A stretch of DNA of 32,000 bases from the NCBI RefSeq assembly GCF_003231495.1, contig NZ_PQWO01000007.1, forward strand, positions 30,001-62,000. The letters are read 5' to 3'. Position numbers and translations under genes: made by a program. Every line of letters begins with the position of its first letter. The stretch's first letter is position 1. This document shows positions 1 to 7,110 of this stretch, in pieces. Below the pieces are notes generated by a model. The model was not told where the DNA came from, ran no database searches, and saw nothing but the letters and a program-made list of their open reading frames with translations. This DNA comes from Acaryochloris thomasi RCC1774. GTDB taxonomy: Bacteria; Cyanobacteriota; Cyanobacteriia; Thermosynechococcales; Thermosynechococcaceae.

Positions 1-164
1 CTGATTCAAAGGTTCCTGCTGCGACTAAATCCAGCTCGACCGTAGTAGAGAAAGAAATACAGGATAGTCCGGAAGACGTGACCACAATAAAAGAGACGCC
101 CCAAGGTGATGTAGATGCATCGGCTGAGGTAAAGGTCGAAGAGACTGAGACGAAAGATCCATAA
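1..164 (+). CDS. 3' end of an unidentified CDS (partial, enters from the left window edge); acidic/Lys-rich tail
   Basis: Only frame 3 is open from the window start to TAA at 162-164 (..DSKVPAATKSSSTVVEKEIQDSPEDVTTIKETPQGDVDASAEVKVEETETKDP*). The other two + frames stop within 45 nt. A weak hairpin follows. No family recognised. Confidence 0.35.
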   Translation, partial: DSKVPAATKSSSTVVEKEIQDSPEDVTTIKETPQGDVDASAEVKVEETETKDP

Positions 165-189
165 CACTCCTTTCAGCTTTACTTGGAAT

Positions 190-231
190 ACCCAGTCTCT
201 CTACTCACGAGGAACTGGGTGTTCACTTTTT
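190..231 (+). terminator. weak hairpin + T-run after the partial CDS
   Basis: ACCCAGT (190-196) pairs with ACTGGGT (214-220) across a 17-nt loop, and a T-run follows at 227-231. The large loop makes this a weak call. Confidence 0.3.
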
Positions 232-363
232 AAAGGAGACATCGCTCAAATACAATTCTTTTTCATTTGTTTTTTAGGTCAATTAAAAGATTTATTTTAC
301 GTGTATCGCTCAAACCCTTTTATAGAGGGAGTTATAAGGATTGTTGATTTCCTCTGACAGGGG

Positions 364-398
364 TTGACAACCTATCTATTGAAATATATTCTCAATAG
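364..398 (+). promoter_or_regulatory. candidate flavodoxin promoter overlapped by an inverted repeat (Fur-box-like operator)
   Basis: Perfect -35 TTGACA lies at 364-369, with -10-like TATATT/TATTCT at 385-392. The inverted repeat CTATTGA(376-382)-N9-TCAATAG(392-398) is AT-rich and covers the -10. The segment ATTCTCAATAG resembles published cyanobacterial FurA sites as I remember them. Confidence 0.4.
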
Positions 399-694
399 TG
401 TGATGAGTAATTGTTTGCTGCAGCTGTGAAAAACTCGATCGATGCAAATGTATGTGCCGTGATGGAAGTAGGTCTGATCTCAGCGTATCTATGGGCAGGT
501 AATCAGTCCTTCGTTGGGCGAGTTCAGTTGTTTTAGCGTTCGCTCCGCTTTCTGCGATCGCAAGCCTTCAGGAAGCCTAGATCTTACCGGTACTGGCAAC
601 TTCGCTCAGATTTTTCAATAGCTTTCTAGAGAATTTTTGTTTTGCGGTTGAGTCCAGCGACGACCGCGCATTTAGTTAATGACAGGAGACTTTA

Positions 695-1210
695 ATGACA
701 CAGGTTGGTTTATTTTTCGGTACCACCACTGGCAAAACAGCGAACATCGCCGAGATGATTCAAGACGGTCTGGGGGGCGCAGATGTCGTTTCCGTGGCTG
801 AAATTCATGAAGTCGAAGAAAACAGCGAGCTGCTGGCCTATGACTGCTTGATTATTGGCTGCCCCACCTGGGATATTGGCGAGCTGCAGAGTGACTGGGA
901 TACGTTTTTCCCGAATCTAGACAGCATTGATTTCAGCGGTAAAAAAGTGGCCTACTTCGGTACGGGAGACCAAATTGGTTATGCCGATAACTTTATGGAC
1001 GCAATGGGAATCTTGGAAGCCAAAATCAGCGAAAAGGGCGGTGCGACTGTCGGACAAACCTCTACAGAGGGCTATGAATATGAGAGTTCTAAGGCAGTGA
1101 AAGACGGTCAGTTCTGCGGTTTAGCGATTGATGAAGACAATCAAGATGACTTTACTGATGAGCGTGTTTCCGCTTGGATTACGCAACTGAAGTCAGAATT
1201 CGGCCTTTGA
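695..1210 (+). CDS. isiB: long-chain flavodoxin (IsiB/FldA)
   Basis: 171 aa. The N-terminal FMN phosphate-binding loop GLFFGTTTGKT is present, followed by CPTWDIGELQSDW and YFGTGDQIGYADNF, as expected for long-chain flavodoxins. An AGGAG RBS lies 8 nt upstream. Confidence 0.93.
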   Translation: MTQVGLFFGTTTGKTANIAEMIQDGLGGADVVSVAEIHEVEENSELLAYDCLIIGCPTWDIGELQSDWDTFFPNLDSIDFSGKKVAYFGTGDQIGYADNFMDAMGILEAKISEKGGATVGQTSTEGYEYESSKAVKDGQFCGLAIDEDNQDDFTDERVSAWITQLKSEFGL

Positions 1211-1237
1211 TCATTTACTCTATCTTTTTGCAATATT

Positions 1238-2002
1238 ATGTCCTCCATTTGTGAAGCCCTTTGGGTGAATACCAGCGCCAGTCTCCAGCGCTTTGATCAG
1301 CCTTTACTAAAGTGCTTGGCTGGCCATATTGGGGTTGCCCATTGGGCCTATCGACAAACGCCTGATGAAGCCAGTGATCTAGATGTTCCAGTCCAGCTTT
1401 TGCATGAGTACTTGCAGGAGCAAGATCGCCCGCTCCATCTAATCGGCCACGGTACCGGTGGACTTGTCGCTCTGTTAGTGGCGCGCCAGTTCCCGGAGTA
1501 TGTGCGATCGCTCACGTTATTGAGTGTGGGTGCCCAAGCCAGTCTGGACTGGATCGCTCACTACTATTTTCATCTCAAGTTCTTGGGCTGTCGTCGAGAG
1601 CAAATCTTTTATCAGCTGATCACTGATCTATTTGGTCGCCAGAATCCCGCTGGGCATCAATATCTGGGTAAGATTCTGCAACAGGCATTAGCGACCTCGC
1701 CATCCCCTAATTCAATGATCCAGACGGCAAACGTTCCTAGGAATGGAGTGCCCGTGCCGTTTTTGGCCTGTGGAGGCCATGATGATGTGGTTGTCGATCC
1801 CCATGAAATTGAAGGTTGGCGAGGGTGGTTAAAGGACTGCGATCGCATCTACCACTGCCCCCACGGTCGGCATTTTTTCCATGGAACGCATCCTCAGCTT
1901 GTGAGCCAACAAGTCCTGGAGTTTTGGAATCAGGTGAATTTGCAAACGACCCCATCCTGGTTCGAGATCTCACCGGCCTTTGCGATTAACTGCAGGCTTT
2001 AG
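1238..2002 (+). CDS. alpha/beta-hydrolase-fold protein (IsiC-like position downstream of flavodoxin), non-canonical nucleophile elbow
   Basis: 254 aa, starting 27 nt after isiB. The motif HLIGHGTGGLVALLVARQFPEYVRSLTLLSVG is a nucleophile-elbow region. GGHDDVVVDP and CPHGRHFFH match the Asp and His regions of the fold. Confidence 0.8.
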   Translation: MSSICEALWVNTSASLQRFDQPLLKCLAGHIGVAHWAYRQTPDEASDLDVPVQLLHEYLQEQDRPLHLIGHGTGGLVALLVARQFPEYVRSLTLLSVGAQASLDWIAHYYFHLKFLGCRREQIFYQLITDLFGRQNPAGHQYLGKILQQALATSPSPNSMIQTANVPRNGVPVPFLACGGHDDVVVDPHEIEGWRGWLKDCDRIYHCPHGRHFFHGTHPQLVSQQVLEFWNQVNLQTTPSWFEISPAFAINCRL

Positions 2003-2007
2003 CATCT

Positions 2008-2418
2008 ATGCTTCATTATTTTTTCTCACAGCCTTTGATGGTCGTCATTCCCCAAAGTTGTCTGCTGCTGTGTAGTTGGGGACTGATTGCTCTCTTGATC
2101 AAGTCCGGTGCTCAAACCCTAATTCAAGGCATTACTCATTTGAAGCGTCTCCACAGCATTCCCTGCCATCGCTGCGCTTACTTCACCGGACATTATCAAC
2201 TTAAATGTACCGTTCATCCTTGCGAGGCCTTGACCGAGCAGGCCATCAATTGCCCAGACTGCATGATCTGTAACACGCCGACAGAAACGGCTCGCGTTCC
2301 GCTCTGGAAATGTAATTCAGCGCATCAACCTCTACAGGAAGCCTCCCATGCCGACTCCACAACTGCGCAGCAACCTCACCTACCTCAGTCCGGTTCATAT
2401 CAGCCAACACTGCTTTAA
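2008..2418 (+). CDS. hypothetical Cys-rich membrane-anchored protein
   Basis: 136 aa with a hydrophobic N-terminus (LLLCSWGLIALLI). A Cys/His cluster follows: IPCHRCAYFTGHYQLKCTVHPCEALTEQAINCPDCMIC. I recall similar small proteins in other cyanobacteria, but no named family. The C-terminal 70 nt overlap the next ORF. Confidence 0.55.
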   Translation: MLHYFFSQPLMVVIPQSCLLLCSWGLIALLIKSGAQTLIQGITHLKRLHSIPCHRCAYFTGHYQLKCTVHPCEALTEQAINCPDCMICNTPTETARVPLWKCNSAHQPLQEASHADSTTAQQPHLPQSGSYQPTLL

Positions 2419-2959
2419 ACGACGGAGTTTTATACCAACGCTGCCCCATCAGCTTTGGCAAATTGAACAGGGCTTTGTTCGCACCCTCACCTGGGATGAA
2501 AATGGTAACGTTTCTACACTGGGGATTTGGGGGCCTGGAGATGTGGTGGGACTGCCGCTGACGCAGGTGGAACCCTATTATGCTGTTTGCCTTGGCCCCG
2601 TTGAAGCCAAGCTGCTGGCCAACCGCTGCCACTGGTCGATGGAGGCGATGCTCTGCCATATTCAGCAAACAGAGGCGTTGCTCCAGATCACGCGCGGGAA
2701 AAGGATTTGCGATCGCCTCCAGCAGCTTTTAATCTGGCTTGCTCAACGATTCGGCTATCAGACCGAGCAGGGACAGGTCACTGAACTCCAGATCACCCAT
2801 CAAGAAATTGCCGAGACCCTCGGAACCTCTCGGGTCACAATCACTCGACTCTTGAAAGTGTTGGAACAAGAAGGCTTTATGCGACGTTCCAGGAAGCGAT
2901 ATCTGCTTCTACATCGGCCTAACACTAGGTATCCTAGAGACTTAAAGCCCATTGTATAA
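2348..2959 (+). CDS. Crp/Fnr-family transcriptional regulator
   Basis: 203 aa. The N-terminal part is cNMP-binding-like (LWQIEQGFVRTLTWDENGNVSTLGIWGPGDVVG). The C-terminal part is an HTH (THQEIAETLGTSRVTITRLLKVLEQEGF). The start codon is uncertain because the ORF overlaps the preceding one by 71 nt. Confidence 0.85.
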   Translation: MPTPQLRSNLTYLSPVHISQHCFKRRSFIPTLPHQLWQIEQGFVRTLTWDENGNVSTLGIWGPGDVVGLPLTQVEPYYAVCLGPVEAKLLANRCHWSMEAMLCHIQQTEALLQITRGKRICDRLQQLLIWLAQRFGYQTEQGQVTELQITHQEIAETLGTSRVTITRLLKVLEQEGFMRRSRKRYLLLHRPNTRYPRDLKPIV

Positions 2960-3076
2960 ATTTTCGGATCCAATTTTATATACAGAGTGATTGCAACTGT
3001 GTATACAGCTTTCGCGGCTGCCACTAGTCAGAGCTGAGCCTATTGATGATCCATTTGCCGCTATCAATAGAAACCA

Positions 3077-3107
3077 AAATCCTCTGGAGTAATAATCCAG
3101 AGGATTT
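3077..3107 (+). terminator. 12-bp perfect stem-loop downstream of the Crp-family gene
   Basis: AAATCCTCTGGA (3077-3088) pairs with TCCAGAGGATTT (3096-3107) across a 7-nt loop, followed by CTCTTA. The U-tract is short and partly inside the stem. Confidence 0.45.
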
Positions 3108-3486
3108 CTCTTATAAAGCTAATCCCGGCGGAATTAGCGGTATTCACAAGGAAATTTAAATACTGACCTGATTATGAAGCGGTCAGCCGTATTGATGGAT
3201 GTTGTATCTAACCTAGCGAGTAATCATGAGGAAGTTGTGTGGTGCGCGGCTACCGTGCTAGAAAACCGTCTTGCATCATATGGCTAGTCTTTATCATCAA
3301 AACTTATTCAAGATATAACTACCTCAGCTTTTTACGATAGGATTTTATGCTAGCTGTGTTGCGCCAGAAAAAATTTGAGCCGTAAATTGAATGCCCTGTA
3401 TCTCTTGGCAGACAGAGATTTCAGACTGTTCCTTTTGATCTTTATCCGTTGTGGAGATATCTACTGCAATCTATATATTGAAAATC

Positions 3487-3517
3487 TATTGCAATAAGGA
3501 TTATTCTTTGATAAATT
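3487..3517 (+). promoter_or_regulatory. candidate dps promoter with overlapping 10-bp palindrome
   Basis: TTGCAA (3489-3494), a 17-nt spacer and TAAATT (3512-3517) form a promoter-like arrangement. The perfect palindrome TATTGCAATA (3487-3496) covers the -35 in an AT-rich context about 60 nt upstream of the dps ATG. Confidence 0.35.
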
Positions 3518-3578
3518 CACATAAGTAAGTTTGTTGACTAGTTTTCTCAACTGAGTCAGGGAGTGTAAAGGAGCTGTC

Positions 3579-4118
3579 ATGCCTGAGACGTCTACGATCC
3601 GCCAGCCTTTTGATCAAGTGAGTGACAATGCGGTCGCTCTAGGCGCAGAAATTACGGTCCCTGTTTGTGAGGGGATGAACCTGGCACTGGCGAGCTTTCA
3701 GGCGCTTTACCTGCAGTATCAGAAACATCACTTTGTGATTGAAGGGACGGAATTCTACCAGCTTCATCAGTTCTTCGACGAGAGCCGCGCGGCGGTGCAG
3801 GGCTATACCCATGAGTTGGGAGAGCGTTTGAATGGGTTAGGTGGCGTTCCGGTTGCCAGCTTGAGCAAGATCGCTGAGCTGTCCTGCGTCGAAATTGAGG
3901 CAGATGGTTGCTTTGATGCCCGCACGATGGTGGAGCATGATTTGGCCGCAGAGAAAAACGTGATTGGGCTGTTGCGATCTCAAGCTTCTCAGTCCGAAAG
4001 CTTAGGCGATCGAGCCACCCGCTATCTCTACGAAAAAATGCTGCTAGAGACCGAAGAGAGAGCTTTCCATTTAGACCACTTCCTTGCCAACGATAGTCTC
4101 ACCTTGGGCTTGAGTTAG
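3579..4118 (+). CDS. dps: Dps-family DNA-binding ferritin-like protein
   Basis: 179 aa. [27 protein letters not shown] is the Dps ferroxidase-centre helix pattern, and the rest shows a four-helix-bundle periodicity. An AAGGAG RBS is present. Confidence 0.92.
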   Translation: MPETSTIRQPFDQVSDNAVALGAEITVPVCEGMNLALASFQALYLQYQKHHFVIEGTEFYQLHQFFDESRAAVQGYTHELGERLNGLGGVPVASLSKIAELSCVEIEADGCFDARTMVEHDLAAEKNVIGLLRSQASQSESLGDRATRYLYEKMLLETEERAFHLDHFLANDSLTLGLS

Positions 4119-4197
4119 CGCCATTGAAGCAGGAGAGGCTGCGCTGAGCCTCTTAGGGGAACTGCTTTTATTCAAAGATTTTTCAGTTAGGAACTGA

Positions 4198-4443
4198 GTG
4201 ATGCATTCATCTCACACTTCACTAAAGCCAGGACATCAGATTGTAAGAGTGCCGAGTTGCGATCGCAGGCAAGTGCAGCGGCGATTACAGGAGCTATCGA
4301 TTAATGCCTGGTGCTCCACCGATGGATATTTACGCGTCGAGGTCAAAGATCATGTGGAATCGGCTCAAATTTGGAGCGTTGTCCAGCAGTTTATCGCTCC
4401 CCGTACCGAGCTGGTGGGCTGGCTGGAACAGTGCTGGCTTTGA
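4198..4443 (+). CDS. small conserved-looking cyanobacterial hypothetical protein
   Basis: 81 aa with a GTG start at 4198 or ATG at 4201. The segment VPSCDRRQVQRRLQELSINAWCSTDGYLRVEV...WSVVQQF...LVGWLEQCW resembles a small protein family I recall from Nostocales and other cyanobacteria. Function is unknown. Confidence 0.6.
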   Translation: MMHSSHTSLKPGHQIVRVPSCDRRQVQRRLQELSINAWCSTDGYLRVEVKDHVESAQIWSVVQQFIAPRTELVGWLEQCWL

Positions 4444-4694
4444 TGGTTTGAACCACCCGCTACCTGTGACCGTTCAACGCAGTGATTCGTGGACCGATTT
4501 TTTCTTGGGTGAAGCGCAGACTGCGCACCGTCACAGTTTATTAGATAGTAAATCCAAGGTTGCCCTCCACTACTGCATCTCGGACATCGATCAGATCGCC
4601 ACAATGTCCTGTCCTTCCAGCGAAATCCCGAAGCATTTGTGGCAAAAGCTACAGCAGCAGCACGCCAGATCTTCATTCGCGAGTCGAAAATCCT

Positions 4695-5234
4695 ATGGGT
4701 AAACACGGGATTAAAGTACCTTTCAGCATCAGTGGTCGTTTCTTGACCTACAAGGTCACCGGCACTTTCAAAATTAAGGGCATTTACTTGGCAACGGCCC
4801 AGGGTGAAGTGTATGTAAAGCTGCCCAAGTCCCTGAGATATACATCAATGCAAATGCTGGAGTCTGGAGCGTGGGTCTGCGTCAAGGGCCATCAGAAAAT
4901 CAAGCACGGGAAGCGCAAGCTGAAAGCGCTTTCCATTGTTCGCACAAATCCCTGTACTGATGAAGAAACAATGTCTAAATCCAAAGGTTCAGTGAAGCAG
5001 ATTAAAGTGTGCCAGAAATCTAGTTGTCGAAAGCGCGGCAGCAAGGCTATCTGTAAAGCCCTGAACAAAAGTCTGAAGCAGACGGGCCTTAAAAAGAAAG
5101 TCGCGCTTCAAGATGTAGGCTGCATGGGCAAGTGTAAGGCGGGGCCGAATATTTCTATTCTGCCGGACAAGACCCGCTATACCCATGTGCGACCCAAACA
5201 GGTCGCGGGTATTATTCAGCAACACTTTTGCTAG
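4695..5234 (+). CDS. thioredoxin-like [2Fe-2S] ferredoxin-domain protein with an unassigned N-terminal domain
   Basis: The ORF is open from 4560, but the first plausible start is ATG 4695 (MGKHGIKVPF..), giving 179 aa. The C-terminal half carries C-x4-C (VCQKSSC) and C-x3-C (GCMGKC), as in NuoE/thioredoxin-like 2Fe-2S ferredoxins. Confidence 0.75.
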   Translation: MGKHGIKVPFSISGRFLTYKVTGTFKIKGIYLATAQGEVYVKLPKSLRYTSMQMLESGAWVCVKGHQKIKHGKRKLKALSIVRTNPCTDEETMSKSKGSVKQIKVCQKSSCRKRGSKAICKALNKSLKQTGLKKKVALQDVGCMGKCKAGPNISILPDKTRYTHVRPKQVAGIIQQHFC

Positions 5235-5245
5235 CCAATGCTATG

Positions 5246-5259
5246 TGATAATCATTCTC
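5246..5259 (+). promoter_or_regulatory. Fur-box-like sequence upstream of porin no.1
   Basis: TGATAATCATTCTC matches the 3' 14 nt of the classical Fur consensus (TGATAATCATTATC) at 13 of 14 positions. It lies 12 nt after the stop of the 2Fe-2S gene and about 240 nt before the porin start. Confidence 0.5.
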
Positions 5260-5495
5260 TAAAGTGAGTTAGAGAACGGTTATGTCAAATCCGGGGGGAT
5301 CAAAAAGGGTGAGCATATTTTTAATCGATAGGGTTTTAGGCTTAGGTCGTTCGAAACCCTATCGAAAGTTTGCTTGCGATAGATTTCTGTTCTGGCCGTA
5401 TTAGCCATGAACGACTTTGAGATCTAGGTTTGGCAAAGGAGTAACTGCTCCGCGCCCATTCAACTGTGTAATTTGTGGTGTTTAGAGTGTCAAAA

Positions 5496-7019
5496 ATGAA
5501 CAAACGTCCTTTCCTGAGCGGAGGTCTGGGGCTTTTAGGTGCCCTTGCGCTGACTGCTCCAGCATTTGCAGACACATCGGTTTCAGACCTGATTGCCGAA
5601 ACAGAATCAGACAGTACTGGCCAGGTGACCTCTGTCTCTCAGTTATCTGATGTGCAGCCCACTGACTGGGCCTTCCAGGCGCTGCAGTCTTTGGTGGAAC
5701 GCTATGGCTGTATTGCAGGCTATCCCAACGGCACTTTTAGGGGCAACCGCTCAGCCACTCGTTACGAGATGGCCGCAGCGCTCAACGCTTGCTTGGACCA
5801 GATTAGCGATCGCTTCGCCTCCAAAGCCGACCTCGATGCCGTCAAAGCCCTACAGGATGAATTTGCAGCAGAGCTTGCCACTTTGAGAGGCCGGGTCGAT
5901 GGCCTAGAGGCCCGCGTTGATACCGTTGAAGCCCAGCAGTTTTCAACCACCACCAAGCTCGAAGGTTCCGTGATTGGAACCATTCAGTTTGGTGACCAAA
6001 CCGACGTTGACGGTGGTATTGGCAGCAGTCGTGCTTCAGCGCTGGCAGAAGTTGGATTAACCTTCAACACCAGCTTTACGGGGGAAGACTTACTGCAGAT
6101 TACCCTCTTGACAGGTAATGGTGGTAACGACTTCTTTGGCGAGTTCTTTGACGCAGGGGGTGGCCTTGCCGGTGGCACCGTCAATCCCGGCGCTATCGAA
6201 TATCGAGATACTGGCCCAGGCGTTGAGCTAGATCGTCTTGCCTATGAATTTAGCCCTGTGGAGAACCTTTCAGTCACCATTGGACCACAGCTCTATCCCA
6301 GTGATTTTATCGATGGCAATAGCTATGCTAACGATCCGGGTGCTGACTTTAACTCTGGCTTTTTCATTAACAATGCTCTGATCATTAATGATGCCGTCGA
6401 TGATCCCGGTGGGGCGGGCTTTGGTTTTAACTACAACCTTGGGGGCGGTCCTCTGAGCTTGCGTGCAGGGTACGTGGCCGCTGCAGGCGGTAGTGCGGTT
6501 GAAGGCGCAACAGAGACAGAAGGCCTTTTCGGCGACCCGCATCAGGCGGTGGCAGAGGTTGAATACGCTACCACTTTTGGCGCTTCTGATGATGGTAACT
6601 TCGCTGTACGCCTTCAGTATGCCTACACTGAGACCTTTGCACTAGTTCAAAACGTAGTTGGCGTTAACGCTGAAGCTACCTTTGGCCGGTTTGGCGTGTT
6701 TGGCCGCTACGGTATTTCTTTAGACCCCCAGGCGGGTGGTGCAGACCTCTTTGCCGTTGGGACGAATAATGCTCAAACCTGGATGGCGGGCGTCGGCGTC
6801 TCGGATTTGCTGATCCCTGGCTCAATGCTTTCCTTTGCGGCTGGGCAACCGTTCATTGCTCCAGGTCAGCCGGATCAGACTAACTTTGAGGGGTTCTATC
6901 GTATTCCGGTCAATGACAACATCACGATTACGCCTGCTGTCATGGTGATTACTGACCCCAACAACATTGACCAGAATGCACTGATTCAAGGGGTTCTACG
7001 CACGACGTTCTCCTTTTAA
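5496..7019 (+). CDS. SLH-domain / OprB-type outer-membrane porin ('iron uptake porin' family)
   Basis: The ORF track starts at GTG 5475. ATG 5496 gives a clean signal peptide (MNKRPFLSGGLGLLGALALTAPAFA). An SLH motif (DVQPTDWAFQALQSLVERYGCIAGYPNGTFRG) is followed by a coiled-coil, then a Gly/Asn/Phe-rich beta-barrel ending in ..LRTTFSF. Confidence 0.9.
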   Translation: MNKRPFLSGGLGLLGALALTAPAFADTSVSDLIAETESDSTGQVTSVSQLSDVQPTDWAFQALQSLVERYGCIAGYPNGTFRGNRSATRYEMAAALNACLDQISDRFASKADLDAVKALQDEFAAELATLRGRVDGLEARVDTVEAQQFSTTTKLEGSVIGTIQFGDQTDVDGGIGSSRASALAEVGLTFNTSFTGEDLLQITLLTGNGGNDFFGEFFDAGGGLAGGTVNPGAIEYRDTGPGVELDRLAYEFSPVENLSVTIGPQLYPSDFIDGNSYANDPGADFNSGFFINNALIINDAVDDPGGAGFGFNYNLGGGPLSLRAGYVAAAGGSAVEGATETEGLFGDPHQAVAEVEYATTFGASDDGNFAVRLQYAYTETFALVQNVVGVNAEATFGRFGVFGRYGISLDPQAGGADLFAVGTNNAQTWMAGVGVSDLLIPGSMLSFAAGQPFIAPGQPDQTNFEGFYRIPVNDNITITPAVMVITDPNNIDQNALIQGVLRTTFSF

Positions 7020-7052
7020 CCCAAGCGCTCATTGTTCTCCGTTGAACAGGCA

Positions 7053-7079
7053 ACGCCCTCTCAAGAGGGCGTCCTTTTT
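7053..7079 (+). terminator. rho-independent terminator of porin no.1
   Basis: ACGCCCTC (7053-7060) pairs with GAGGGCGT (7065-7072) across a 4-nt loop, followed by CCTTTTT. Confidence 0.8.
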
Positions 7080-7110
7080 CGCTCGCCTTCAAATCATAAG
7101 GATCCTGATC

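Noticed and set aside
2246-2668. 140-aa minus-strand ORF
   Set aside because: It lies fully antisense to two + strand genes that have clear domain signatures (a Cys-rich protein and a Crp-family cNMP domain), so it is a shadow ORF.
376-3070. The idea that the 7-mer CTATTGA/TCAATAG by itself is an enriched regulatory word
   Set aside because: Single copies also occur inside coding regions (about 16906, 17101, 30325) and at 10848. About four copies per 32 kb are expected by chance. Only the paired inverted arrangements in promoters are retained, as low-confidence findings.
4304-4706. A long overlapping ORF pair, 132 aa on + (4304..4702) and 113 aa on - (4365..4706)
   Set aside because: They overlap each other and the well-formed 81-aa gene. 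Both have odd composition (Ser/Arg/Trp-rich) and no recognisable motif. They are probably chance open frames in a moderately GC-rich spacer. The region is kept only as an unresolved gap in a finding.
5342-5575. 77-aa minus-strand ORF across the porin no.1 leader and start
   Set aside because: It overlaps the porin signal-peptide region in antisense and includes the 12-bp hairpin. It has no RBS and no recognisable motif.
7042-7110. Upstream extension of the histidine phosphatase ORF (track start 7042)
   Set aside because: The extension would translate through the porin's rho-independent terminator (7053..7079). ATG 7111 gives a proper signal peptide and has an AAGGA RBS.
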